From: Candidatus Latescibacterota bacterium
GTDB taxonomy: Bacteria; Latescibacterota; UBA2968; UBA8231
Reading direction: 5' to 3'
DNA length: 64,000 bases
NCBI GenBank assembly: GCA_965200315.1
Contig: OZ241362.1
Span: forward strand, 1,792,001-1,856,000
Shown: in pieces, positions 48,204 through 57,677 of the stretch
Numbering within the stretch: position 1 is the first letter of the stretch
Layout of the letters: the number at the start of each line of letters is the position of its first letter
The notes under the pieces: generated by a model
Databases searched by the model: none
The model's input: only the letters and a program-made list of their open reading frames with translations
Told to the model about the DNA's origin: nothing
Program-made: the position numbers and the translations under genes

Positions 48204-49340
48204 ATGAGCAAACTCAAAGTAGGCATGATCGGCGGCGGCGGTCCCGACTCTTTTTTCGGCATGGTCCACAACCGCGCCATCGCACTCGACGCCAGCCGCG
48301 AATTGGTCGCCGGCGCACTGCGCTCCAGCCCAGAGGCGGCACTGCGCGCGGCCGACGACTACGGCATTGAGGGTTATCCTACCTATCAGGCACTGTTAGA
48401 AGCGGTGCAAAGCGGCGAGCAAGCCCTTGATTACGCCACCATCGTCACCCCTAACTTCGCCCACTACGAGCCGGCCAAAGCCTTTTTGCAGGCCGGCATC
48501 CCCGTGCTCTGCGAAAAGCCCATCACCATGACAGTGGCCGAAGCCGAAGACTTGGCCCAGATCGTCGAGCGCGAGCAGGTGCCCTTTGTGCTGGCCCACA
48601 CCTACACGGGTCATCCCATGATGATGCTGGCCAAAGAAATGATCCACAGCGGCGAGATCGGCCAAGTCCGCAAGGTAGTTTCTTGGTACAATCAGGGCTG
48701 GCTGGCCACGGCCCTCGAACAGACCGGCCAGCAGCAGGCGTCCTGGCGCACCGATCCCGCGCGCACGGGCATCTCCAATTGCGGCGGCGACATTGGCACG
48801 CACGCTTTTATCGCCGCGACTTGGGTGACCGGGCTGGCCATCGAGCGGGTCTCGGCGCGGCTCAACACCTTTGTCGAAGGCCGCGTGCTCGACGATGACT
48901 TCAACGTGATCGGCGAGCTGGAAAACGGTGGCACTGCGCTGATCACGGCCACGCAGATCGCAGTTGGCTACCGCAACGACAACGGCTTCCGAGTCTTCGG
49001 CACCACAGGCTCTATCGAATGGCATCAGGAGCGGGCCGAATGCCTGCTAGTGCGCCACGGCGATGGCCGCGACATTACCTACTGGATCGGCGCTGAATTC
49101 GACTTGCCCGCGTCGGTCGCCTCGTACTTGCGGGTGCCCTCGGGACACCACGAGGACTTCTTCCCAGCCTTGGCCAATCTCCACACCACCATTGAGCGCC
49201 TCATCCGCACGCGCCGCGGCGAACAGGACGTGCCTGCGGCCTTTCCGCATCCGAGCGCGCAGGAGGGCGTAGCAGGCATGAAATTCGTCGCGGCCGCAGT
49301 AAAATCGTCCAACAACAGCGGTGCGTGGGCGCCGGTTTAG
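48204..49340 (+). CDS. Gfo/Idh/MocA family oxidoreductase
   Basis: GMIGGGG, IVTPNFAH, CEKP, YNQGWL, WRTDP, GDIGTHA. Confidence 0.92.
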   Translation: MSKLKVGMIGGGGPDSFFGMVHNRAIALDASRELVAGALRSSPEAALRAADDYGIEGYPTYQALLEAVQSGEQALDYATIVTPNFAHYEPAKAFLQAGIPVLCEKPITMTVAEAEDLAQIVEREQVPFVLAHTYTGHPMMMLAKEMIHSGEIGQVRKVVSWYNQGWLATALEQTGQQQASWRTDPARTGISNCGGDIGTHAFIAATWVTGLAIERVSARLNTFVEGRVLDDDFNVIGELENGGTALITATQIAVGYRNDNGFRVFGTTGSIEWHQERAECLLVRHGDGRDITYWIGAEFDLPASVASYLRVPSGHHEDFFPALANLHTTIERLIRTRRGEQDVPAAFPHPSAQEGVAGMKFVAAAVKSSNNSGAWAPV

Positions 49341-49378
49341 CGCGGCACATCCACATTGCTACTTGAAATTATGTAAGC

Positions 49379-49399
49379 TCTATGTGATTTTTACATAGA
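49379..49399. promoter_or_regulatory. Putative transcription-factor palindrome upstream of the spondin gene
   Basis: tctatgtga-ttt-ttacataga (9-bp arms, one mismatch). Confidence 0.4.
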
Positions 49400-49435
49400 T
49401 AGAGTTCCACAAAACCTTTCCGAGGAGAATCTTCC

Positions 49436-51517
49436 ATGAAACTGCTTTACGTAGCCTGCATTGGGGCCGTCTTGTTCGCCTCCTGTGCAGACCGAGATCC
49501 CCTATCCTCCACCGCAGACTCATTTGGCTCAGCAGGTAAGGCGGCGATCTCTTCCGACCCGACCCCTGGCCTGCCTGAGCCGCGTGTGGCCGCGCAATTC
49601 ACCGTGCGCATCGAAAACCTCGGCACCCTTCTCGCGCCCGGCGCGTGGGTCGCCCAGCGCGGCGGAATGCCCCTGTTCACCGATGGCCAGCCAGATCGCG
49701 GCACTGGCCTCGAAGCACTCGCCGAAGACGGCAATCCCGCCGAGCTAGCCGCGAACCTCCACCCAAACAGCGGCGTCTTTGCCACGCCGGAGGGCGCCGA
49801 CGGCCCCGGCCCGCTAACGCCGGGCAGCGCCTATGAGTTCAGCTTTGTCGCTCGGCCGGGCGACCGGCTGTCTTTCGCCACCATGTACGTGCAATCCAAC
49901 GACCTGTTCTTGGCACCCGATGACACCGGCATTGCCCTGTTCGCCGACGATGGCCAGCCCGTAAGCGGCGACATCACCGATCAGATTGGGCTGTGGGATG
50001 CCGGTACAGAAGTCAACGAGGAGCCGGGCGCGGGCGCGAACCAAGCACCGCGTCAGGCCGCTGCCAACACCGGCGCGGACGAAGGCGGCACGGTGCGCTT
50101 AGTAGATGATGGATTCATCTATCCGGTCGTGGCCGATATCGTGCGCGTCACTGTCGTCTCTAGAGTCGGTTTATACATCAGCGTTATGGACGAGGGCGAT
50201 ATGGATGGCGACGCGAGAGACGGCCAAACCGGGCTCGATACTGCGGTAACGCCCGATGTCCTATTCTTGACCAATGCGCTGATAAGCTATCTTCAGAATG
50301 CCCTGTTGATCGCGCTGACCTCGGATGAGGTGACGATTGACGGAGCCAGCGGTGGCACATTGGCCATCGCGGGCAACGAGTGGGTGCTAACGGATTATTC
50401 GGCCGACGGGCTGCTGGTGCTCAACGGCACCATGAACGTGGGCGAAGATCAGTTCCCGCACATTCCCATAACGGGCGAGATAGCCGCTTCCGGTGCGTCT
50501 GATGCTACGGTATTGCTAGACCTTGTAGTCGATTTGTCTGGCGATGAGCCATCCTTGAGCGGTACTGTTACCGTTGGGGTACCTTACGACATCGGTGCTA
50601 TCATCGCGGCCGCTGAGGGCGGCGACATGGACGGCGATACCGACGGCGATACCGACGGCGATACCGACGGCGACATGGACGGCGATACCGCCGGCGATAC
50701 CGCCGGCGATACCGACGGCGACATGGACGGCGATACCGACGGCGATACCGACGGCGACATGGACGGCGATGCCGACGGCGATACCGACGGCGACATGGAC
50801 GGCGACATGGACGGCGACATGGACGGCGACATGGACGGCGATGCCGACGGAGATGACATCCCTAAGGGGCCCATCACTTCCGCACGGACCCTCTCTTCCG
50901 ACCCGGCTGCTGGTTTGCCTGAAGTGCGCACTCCAGCACAATTCACCGTGCGAATCGAAAACATCGGCACCCTCCTCGCGCCCGGCGCTTGGGTCATCCA
51001 GCGCGGCGGAACGCCCCTGTTCATTGACGGCCAGCCCGATCGCGGCGCTGGACTCGAAGCACTCGCCGAAGACGGCAATCCCGCCGAGCTAGCCGCGAAC
51101 CAACCGAGAAACAGCGGCGTGTTTGCCACGCCGGAGGGAGCCGACGGCCCCGGCCCGCTAACGCCGGGCAGTGCCTATGAGTTCAGCTTTGTCGCTCGGC
51201 CGGGCGACCGGCTGTCTTTCGCCACCATGTACGTGCAATCCAACGACCTGTTCTTGGCACCCGGCGACACCGGCGTTGCCCTATTCGCCGACGATCGCCA
51301 GCCCGTAAGCGGCGACATCACCGATCAGATTGGGCTGTGGGATGCCGGTACAGAAGTCAACGAGGAGCCGGGCGTGGGCGCGAACCAAGCGCCGCGTCAG
51401 GCCGCTGCCAACACCGGCGCGGACGAAGGCGGCACGGTGCGCTTAGTAGATGATGGATTCACCTATCCGGCCGTGGCCGATATGGTGCGCATCACCATCT
51501 CCTCCTCTGGTGGCTGA
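49436..51517 (+). CDS. Lipoprotein with two Spondin_N-like domains and an Asp-rich linker
   Basis: Lipobox LFASC. FTVRIEN…GLEALAEDGNP…LSFATMYVQSNDLF…LWDAGTEVNEEPG occurs twice. Confidence 0.88.
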   Translation: MKLLYVACIGAVLFASCADRDPLSSTADSFGSAGKAAISSDPTPGLPEPRVAAQFTVRIENLGTLLAPGAWVAQRGGMPLFTDGQPDRGTGLEALAEDGNPAELAANLHPNSGVFATPEGADGPGPLTPGSAYEFSFVARPGDRLSFATMYVQSNDLFLAPDDTGIALFADDGQPVSGDITDQIGLWDAGTEVNEEPGAGANQAPRQAAANTGADEGGTVRLVDDGFIYPVVADIVRVTVVSRVGLYISVMDEGDMDGDARDGQTGLDTAVTPDVLFLTNALISYLQNALLIALTSDEVTIDGASGGTLAIAGNEWVLTDYSADGLLVLNGTMNVGEDQFPHIPITGEIAASGASDATVLLDLVVDLSGDEPSLSGTVTVGVPYDIGAIIAAAEGGDMDGDTDGDTDGDTDGDMDGDTAGDTAGDTDGDMDGDTDGDTDGDMDGDADGDTDGDMDGDMDGDMDGDMDGDADGDDIPKGPITSARTLSSDPAAGLPEVRTPAQFTVRIENIGTLLAPGAWVIQRGGTPLFIDGQPDRGAGLEALAEDGNPAELAANQPRNSGVFATPEGADGPGPLTPGSAYEFSFVARPGDRLSFATMYVQSNDLFLAPGDTGVALFADDRQPVSGDITDQIGLWDAGTEVNEEPGVGANQAPRQAAANTGADEGGTVRLVDDGFTYPAVADMVRITISSSGG
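49548..51496 (+). repeat. Intragenic duplication of ~600 bp (49548-50152 and 50892-51496)
   Basis: Long identical runs such as gagttcagctttgtcgctcggccgggcgaccggctgtctttcgccaccatgtacgtgcaatccaacgacctgttcttggcaccc are present in both copies. Confidence 0.9.
50621..50857 (+). repeat. 12-bp coding tandem repeat, ~20 units (GD[T/M/A][D/A])
   Basis: Units ggcgacatggac, ggcgataccgac, ggcgataccgcc and ggcgatgccgac in tandem. Confidence 0.95.
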
Positions 51518-51553
51518 GAGGACGCAGTACCAGCGACATAGGCACTGTTAAAC

Positions 51554-51600
51554 ACAAAAAGTGGAGGTAACGGCGTTGCTTGTTGCCTCCACTTTTTTGT
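51554..51600. terminator. Bidirectional intrinsic terminator
   Basis: acaaaaagtggaggtaac…gttgcctccacttttttgt between convergent genes. Confidence 0.8.
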
Positions 51601-51606
51601 CACCCA

Positions 51607-52617
51607 CTATTCCTCGTCGTAGCGGATGCGGGGGTCGAGCCAAGCGTAGAGAATATCGGCGATGAGGTTGGCCAGCACGAAAACCGTGGCCAGCAACAAA
51701 ACCCCGCCCTGCACGGCGCGGAAGTCGCGCGCCTGCACCGCCAAAAAGAGCCAGCGTCCAACCCCAGGCCAAGCGAATATGGTCTCCGTGATAATCGCGC
51801 CCCCGAGCAAATAGCCGAATTGGAGGGCAATGACCGTAAGCGTGGGTATGAAGGCGTTTTTCAGGGCGTGGCGCACAATCACCACCCGCTCCCGCAGGCC
51901 CTTGGCCCAAGCCGTGCGGATGTAATCTTCGCCGAGAACGTCGAGCAGGCTGGCGCGGGTCATGCGCGCAATGACGGCCATGGGAATGGTCCCCAAAGTC
52001 AGGGCCGGCAGAAAAAGGTGCCACAGCACATCGCCGCAGGCCGCGAAATCGCCCTGTGCGAGGGTGTCGATTACGTAGAAATAGGTGATCGGCTCAAAGT
52101 AGATATGCGTACTCAAGCGGCCGGACACCGGAAAGAGCGGCACGTAAAAGGCCAACAGCAACACCAGCATCAGAGCCAGCCAAAATACGGGAATGGAAAT
52201 GCCAGCCGTGGCCAAGATCATGCTGAGCAGATCGGCGATCTTGCCGCGCCGCACTGCGGCCCACAGTCCGGCCGAGATGCCGACCGTCATGGCCAGCAGC
52301 ATACTGGCCAAGGTCAGCTCGCAGGTGGCCGGGAAGCGCTGGACGAGTTCAGTGGTGATTTTCTCGTGAGTGCGAATCGAGCGGCCGAGGTCACCGCTCA
52401 ACAGGCCAGTAAAGAAGCGGTAAAACTGCACGTGGAAGGGCTGGTCGAGGCCCAAAGTAGTGCGCAACTCGGCCAAGCTCTCGGCATTGGCGCGCTCTCC
52501 GAGCATGACTTGGGCCGGGTCGCCCGGCACCAAGTAGAGCATCAGAAAAACTAAAAGCGAAATCCCCGCCAGCGTCGGTAAGAGCGCTATGAGCCGCCGG
52601 AGGACGAAGCGGTGCAT
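51607..52617 (-). CDS. dppB: Peptide ABC transporter permease (DppB/OppB)
   Basis: VPGDPA, GDLGRS, SIPVFWL, RMTRAS…DYIRTAWAKGL, ITETIFAWPGVG, LDPRI. Confidence 0.92.
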   Translation of the reverse strand: MHRFVLRRLIALLPTLAGISLLVFLMLYLVPGDPAQVMLGERANAESLAELRTTLGLDQPFHVQFYRFFTGLLSGDLGRSIRTHEKITTELVQRFPATCELTLASMLLAMTVGISAGLWAAVRRGKIADLLSMILATAGISIPVFWLALMLVLLLAFYVPLFPVSGRLSTHIYFEPITYFYVIDTLAQGDFAACGDVLWHLFLPALTLGTIPMAVIARMTRASLLDVLGEDYIRTAWAKGLRERVVIVRHALKNAFIPTLTVIALQFGYLLGGAIITETIFAWPGVGRWLFLAVQARDFRAVQGGVLLLATVFVLANLIADILYAWLDPRIRYDEE

Positions 52618-52620
52618 GGC

Positions 52621-54180
52621 TCAAGGTGCCAGCTCAGTACTGTGGAACCACTTGCTGCCCGTGGGATGTAGCTTGAAACCAGTGACGCGGCGCTGAAAAA
52701 CCACCGTCTGCGTCGCGTGTACTAGAGGCACCCAAGGCGCGTCGCGGTGGACGATTTCCTGCGCCCGGGCGTAGAGCCGCGTACGCTCGTCGCGCTCGGT
52801 AGAGCGACGAGCCGCCACGAGCGCGTCGTGCAGCTCGGCACTGCGGTAGAAGGCGATATTCTGGGCGGGCTTGATGGCCGCGGTGGAGTCGAGGAGCACG
52901 TAGAGGAAGTTGTCCGGGTCGCCATTGTCGCCGGTCCAGCCCAACAAAGCCATCTGGTGCTGACCATCGAACACCTTGTCCAAGTACGTCCCCCATTCCC
53001 AAGATACAATGCGAGCGCGGATGCCCACCTTTTCCAAGTCGGCCTGAATCGCCTCAGCGATTTTGCTGGGCTGCGGCATATAGGGGCGCGGCACCGGCAT
53101 GGCCCACAGCTCGGTTGCAAAGCCGTCGGCATAACCGGCTTCCGCCAGCAAGGCCCGCGCTTTGGCCGGATCATAGCTATAGCCCGCAATGGTGTCGTTG
53201 TAGCTCCACAAGGTCGGTGGGATGGGGGTTTTGGCCGGCATGGCCAAGCCCTCGTAGAAATTATCCACCAGAGCCTGCTTATCCACGGCGTGGTTTATGG
53301 CGCGGCGCACCCGCACATCGTCGAAAGGCTTCTTGTCCAAGTGCATGGCCAAGTAGCCGATGTTCATGCCCGCCTGCGTCAAAAGGTGGAGGTTGGGATC
53401 GGCGCGGATCGGCTCGATGTACTCAGGGCTGAGGTTGTCGAAGCCGTGAATCGTGCCCTGCGAAAGCTCCAAGAAGCGCACCGAGGCTTCCTGAATAGGC
53501 TTGAAAATTAGGCGGTCAAGCTGCGGCTTTGGCCCCCAGTAATCGGGATTGCGCTCCAAGACGATGCGCTCGTCTTTGCGCCATTCGACAAAACGGAAGG
53601 GGCCGGTGCCGACCGGGTTTTTGAAGTAATCGCGACCGTAACGAGCCACCGCAGTGGGGCTGACGGCCGCACAGAAGTTCATCGCCAAGTTCGCCAAGAA
53701 GGGAGCGTGAGGCTCTTTGAGGCGAATGACAAAAGTCGAGTCGTCCGGGGCTTCTAGCGAGGCGACGATGTCGTCCATGCCCATGGCCTGCCAGTACTTG
53801 TAAGAACCGGCGACCTTGTGAAAGGGATGGTCTTTGTCAAACTGCCGCCCGAGCGAAAACAGCATGGCCTCGGCGTTAAAGGGGGTGCCGTCGTGAAAGC
53901 GGACCCCCGTGTGCAAGTGGAAGGTCCACGTGAGCTGATCGTCGGCAATATCCCAAGAATGCGCAAGCTGCGGCACGACGGTCGTGCTCTCGCTGTCGTA
54001 GGTCACCAAGGTCTCGTAGATGTTGTCGCAGACCTTGAACGATTCGCCGTCGTTTTCAATCCCCGGGTCCAGCCCGATTGAATCCGAGCCGCGACCAAAA
54101 ACCAAGGTGTGCTGGGCGCGTTCCTCTTGGCCGCAGGCGACGAGAACGGCAACAACCAAGAGGATGCCAAGACGTTGCAA
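52621..54180 (-). CDS. dppA: Peptide ABC transporter substrate-binding lipoprotein (family 5)
   Basis: Lipobox LVAC, FHDGTPFNA, PVGTGPF, MPVPRPYMP, LLGWTGDNGDPDNF. Confidence 0.9.
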   Translation of the reverse strand: MQRLGILLVVAVLVACGQEERAQHTLVFGRGSDSIGLDPGIENDGESFKVCDNIYETLVTYDSESTTVVPQLAHSWDIADDQLTWTFHLHTGVRFHDGTPFNAEAMLFSLGRQFDKDHPFHKVAGSYKYWQAMGMDDIVASLEAPDDSTFVIRLKEPHAPFLANLAMNFCAAVSPTAVARYGRDYFKNPVGTGPFRFVEWRKDERIVLERNPDYWGPKPQLDRLIFKPIQEASVRFLELSQGTIHGFDNLSPEYIEPIRADPNLHLLTQAGMNIGYLAMHLDKKPFDDVRVRRAINHAVDKQALVDNFYEGLAMPAKTPIPPTLWSYNDTIAGYSYDPAKARALLAEAGYADGFATELWAMPVPRPYMPQPSKIAEAIQADLEKVGIRARIVSWEWGTYLDKVFDGQHQMALLGWTGDNGDPDNFLYVLLDSTAAIKPAQNIAFYRSAELHDALVAARRSTERDERTRLYARAQEIVHRDAPWVPLVHATQTVVFQRRVTGFKLHPTGSKWFHSTELAP

Positions 54181-54182
54181 CG

Positions 54183-55172
54183 CTAGTCCTCAAACGCCGC
54201 GTCAAAGGCAATGTCCGAGGGCGGGAAATCGACCTGTTTGACGAAGGCGGCCGCTTCTGTCGCGCCGTGGACGCGATCCATGCCGCTGTCTTCCCATTCG
54301 ACCGACAGCGGCCCTTGGTAGTTGATGCGATTGAGGGCACGGATGATTTCCTCAAAGTCGATATTGCCGCGGCCCAACGAGCGGAAGTCCCAATAGCGCC
54401 GGCGGTCACCGAACTCGGTGTGCCCGCCGAAGACTCCGGCGTCAGTCGGCGTCGCAGACCAGCCTACGTCCTTCATGTGGACGTGGAAAATGCGGTCGCT
54501 GAATCGCTGGATAAACTCAATGTAGTCCACGCCTTGGTAGCCAAGGTGGCTGGGATCGTAGTTGAAGCCAAAGGCCGGGTGGCCGTCAAGGGCTTGAATG
54601 GCGCGCTCGGCCGAGGCGCTATCAAAGGCGATTTCCGTGGGGTGGACCTCTAGCGCAAACTTGACGCCGAGTGCTTGGTATTGGTCGAGTATAGGCTTCC
54701 AGCGTACGGCAAAATCCGCGAACCCAGCCTCGATCATGTCGGGGGATACCGGCGGGAATGAATAGAGCAGGTGCCAAATCGAGGAGCCGGTAAAGCCGTT
54801 GACCACGTCAACCCCAAGCCGGGCGGCCGCTTGTCCGGTGGCGATCATTTCTTCGGCTGCGCGCTGGCGCACACCCTCTGGGTCGCCATCGCCGAAGATA
54901 CGCGGGGGCAGGATGGCTTGGTGGCGGCTGTCGATGGCGTCGCACACGGCTTGGCCGACGAGGTGATTGGAAATGGAAAACAGCGCTAGATCGTATTTTG
55001 TGAGCAGTTCGCGCTTGGCCTCGCAATAGGCATCTGTGGCTTGGTCAACTTCAAAATGGTCTCCCCAGCAGGCCAGCTCCAAGCCGTCGTAGCCAAACTC
55101 AACGGCCTGTTGACAGAGGGTCTCAATAGGCAGGTCGGCCCACTGGCCAGTGAAAAGGGTGACGGGTCGCAT
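54183..55172 (-). CDS. Sugar phosphate isomerase/epimerase (AP_endonuc_2 TIM barrel)
   Basis: [57 protein letters not shown]. Confidence 0.9.
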   Translation of the reverse strand: MRPVTLFTGQWADLPIETLCQQAVEFGYDGLELACWGDHFEVDQATDAYCEAKRELLTKYDLALFSISNHLVGQAVCDAIDSRHQAILPPRIFGDGDPEGVRQRAAEEMIATGQAAARLGVDVVNGFTGSSIWHLLYSFPPVSPDMIEAGFADFAVRWKPILDQYQALGVKFALEVHPTEIAFDSASAERAIQALDGHPAFGFNYDPSHLGYQGVDYIEFIQRFSDRIFHVHMKDVGWSATPTDAGVFGGHTEFGDRRRYWDFRSLGRGNIDFEEIIRALNRINYQGPLSVEWEDSGMDRVHGATEAAAFVKQVDFPPSDIAFDAAFED

Positions 55173-55245
55173 TACAATAGCTCCTTGTTGGTGTATGAGA
55201 GGGAGTATATACGCCGGTCGTTGCTTGGGTGTCAAGGCTAGACCG

Positions 55246-56016
55246 CTAGCGGCTGAGCGACTTTTCTCGCCGGAGGTCAATGTCAAAAATGCGCAGATAG
55301 CGGCCCTGAAACTCGCCGACGACCTCGAGAATCAGGTCTTCGTCGAGATCGAGCAGACCCATGCGCTCGCCAAAAGGCTCGGGCGACTGCCACTCCAAGT
55401 CTAAGAAGCGGGCGTCGAACACGTAGCCATCGTTGAGCACGATCTCGTCTTCGTCGTCCCCATCTACGTCGCCGATGAGAATCTGATCGGCCGTCAAATC
55501 GGTCTGGTCGCTGCGCCGCTGCTCGTACTGGTCGCGGACATCATACACGATTAAGCGGCCATCGGCGCAGAACACGAGCTCGGGCTGGGGGTCGTCGTCG
55601 ATGTCGCCAATGGTCAGGCTGGTAATGCGGGCGTATTCATTGGGCGAGTTGCTCCACAGCAGCGTATAGTCCTGAGAGTCGAAGTAATACACGCGGCCTT
55701 GGTCGGTATAGGCGACGATCTCGTCGAGCTGGTCGTCGTTGATGTCGAGGACGAATACGCCGGCCACCGCACCTTCGAGATAGTCGCTGTCCCACACCTC
55801 GGTACAGGTGCGGTCGCGCTCCTCATAGACGTGGAGCCGGCCATCGTTGTCGCCGAGCACGAAGCGGTCTGGGCCGTCGCCCGCAGGCAGGCGCTGGATA
55901 TTGTCGAATTCGTCTAGGTCTCCCCTATAAGCCGGCCATTCCGCAGCTTGCCCGGTGCTGGACACGGAGGGAACCAGCCATAACGCGCATAAGATCAATC
56001 GCAACATGATGGTCAT
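55246..56016 (-). CDS. Secreted FG-GAP/VCBS-like repeat protein
   Basis: Signal peptide; repeats [46 protein letters not shown]. Confidence 0.7.
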   Translation of the reverse strand: MTIMLRLILCALWLVPSVSSTGQAAEWPAYRGDLDEFDNIQRLPAGDGPDRFVLGDNDGRLHVYEERDRTCTEVWDSDYLEGAVAGVFVLDINDDQLDEIVAYTDQGRVYYFDSQDYTLLWSNSPNEYARITSLTIGDIDDDPQPELVFCADGRLIVYDVRDQYEQRRSDQTDLTADQILIGDVDGDDEDEIVLNDGYVFDARFLDLEWQSPEPFGERMGLLDLDEDLILEVVGEFQGRYLRIFDIDLRREKSLSR

Positions 56017-57227
56017 TACTCCTTGATGGCGGCCGCCTGAGCGGCCTCATATACAGAGAGCAAGGGCACTTGATGCTCTTGGGCTAGCCGAGCGCAGTCC
56101 TCGTATTCAGGAGCGGCGCGGCCGCGTCCATCTATATAGCTAAACTTGACATTGACCTCCCCGTACGGCGTGGCAACGGCGCGAATCTGACGTTCTAAGA
56201 CACGGCGTTCCACTCCATAGTAGCGCAGGCCGATGGTAGTAGTTTCTTGCAGAACGATCGCGGCTAGCTCGTCCAAGCGGCCCGCCGGCGCGAGGACGCT
56301 AAGGACATTGCCTAACCGGCCCTTTTTCATAAGGACCGGCGTGGCGTACACATCGCACGCGCCCTGCTCTAGCAGCCGGTCGAAGAGGTAGCTGTACACT
56401 TCTGGGTTCATATCGTCGATGTTGGCTTCGATCAGCAGGACGCGCTCGCTGGCCGGTACGCGCTCGCCCAAGCGCAGGCGCAAGAGATTGGGGATGGCGT
56501 CTAAATCGCGGCGGCCCGCACCATAGCCAACGGCTTGTTGGCAAAAGGACGGCTGCGGCCCAAAAGAACGAGCTAAGGTGGTGATGATCGCTGCCCCAGT
56601 CGGGGTGACGAGTTCGGCGCGGATATCGGTCTGTTCGGTTGGCACGTCGCGGCAGAGAGCCAAGACCCCAGGCACGGGCACCGGGTAGCGCCCGTGCGCG
56701 CAGCGCACAAAACCCGTGCCAAAACGCAGGGGCGAAGCGCAAACCTCGTCCACCTCCAAAAGCTGGAGGCCGACCACGGCCCCCACTACGTCTATCAGGG
56801 CGTCGAGAGCCCCCACTTCGTGCAGGGCCACTTCGGCGGGCGCGGCGTTGTGTACCTCGGCTTCGGCTCTACACAGGCGCTCAAAGACGCGGATGGAGCG
56901 CTCCTTGACGACGTCGTCTAAGCGGCTAGCGGCAATGCGGCTGGTTATATCTTTGAGGTGGGCGTGAGGGTGATCGTGCGTGGGCTGGCCAGACAGATCG
57001 AGATGGTGCTCAGCGTCGGCCAACGGCTCACCAGCCACGCAGACCTTAGCGCGGGTGGCGGCAATGGCGTGCCGGGCGGTGGATTCGCGCTCAATGGCGA
57101 CGTCCTGGACGCCCAGCTTGGCAATTTCTCGGTTGAGGTTCGCTAGCGGGAGCCCCGCGTCGAGCAGGGCACCCAAGATCATGTCGCCGCTGATACCAGA
57201 AAAGCAGTCGAAGTAGGCGATCTTCAT
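56016..57227 (-). CDS. larC: Nickel pincer cofactor biosynthesis protein LarC
   Basis: YFDCFSGISGDMILGAL, His-rich linker, HEVGALD, AHG..PVP, ELVTPTGAA, EANIDDMNPE, MKKGR, PEYED. Confidence 0.95.
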   Translation of the reverse strand: MKIAYFDCFSGISGDMILGALLDAGLPLANLNREIAKLGVQDVAIERESTARHAIAATRAKVCVAGEPLADAEHHLDLSGQPTHDHPHAHLKDITSRIAASRLDDVVKERSIRVFERLCRAEAEVHNAAPAEVALHEVGALDALIDVVGAVVGLQLLEVDEVCASPLRFGTGFVRCAHGRYPVPVPGVLALCRDVPTEQTDIRAELVTPTGAAIITTLARSFGPQPSFCQQAVGYGAGRRDLDAIPNLLRLRLGERVPASERVLLIEANIDDMNPEVYSYLFDRLLEQGACDVYATPVLMKKGRLGNVLSVLAPAGRLDELAAIVLQETTTIGLRYYGVERRVLERQIRAVATPYGEVNVKFSYIDGRGRAAPEYEDCARLAQEHQVPLLSVYEAAQAAAIKE

Positions 57228-57242
57228 CTTCGCCTCCCGCGC

Positions 57243-57650
57243 TCAGGACAGGCGCTTGAGATCGGCCTTGCGCTTCTTCCAGTCGAACTCCTCGGCAAAA
57301 TCGTACACATCGACGAAGTCTTCAATCCGGTCCTCGGCTGTCTTACGCAGCAAATTCGCATTGACCAAGTTGAAGACAATCTCGCCAAAATCGCGCGTTT
57401 GCTCAATGCCCCAGTGGGCAAAGACTGAGCAGGTAAGCGGCCCAAATTGATCGGCACTATACTCGCTGATGCCAAAGAGCAGATCCCGACCGGAAATATG
57501 TCGCTTCTCTTCACTCAAGGTCCCCTTGTTCTTGCCGAGCTTTTGCACCGTGTATCCTAGCGCATCGTACACAAAAAGATACGCATCACTCCTATAGCGC
57601 CCGTCGCGCTTGGCCAAATTTTCGATTTCTTGCAGCGTTTTTGGTTCCAT
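57243..57650 (-). CDS. Minf_1886 (Planctomycete/Verrucomicrobia conserved) family protein
   Basis: DGRY..DAYLFV..AL, RHISGRDLL.GI, QFGPL…WGI…DFGEIVFNLV, EDRIEDF. Confidence 0.85.
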   Translation of the reverse strand: MEPKTLQEIENLAKRDGRYRSDAYLFVYDALGYTVQKLGKNKGTLSEEKRHISGRDLLFGISEYSADQFGPLTCSVFAHWGIEQTRDFGEIVFNLVNANLLRKTAEDRIEDFVDVYDFAEEFDWKKRKADLKRLS

Positions 57651-57677
57651 CGAAGAAGGGCAATAAGGGCAATAAAA

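Noticed and set aside
50621-50857. Repeat array as CRISPR
   Set aside because: Contiguous 12-bp in-frame units without unique spacers; no cas genes.
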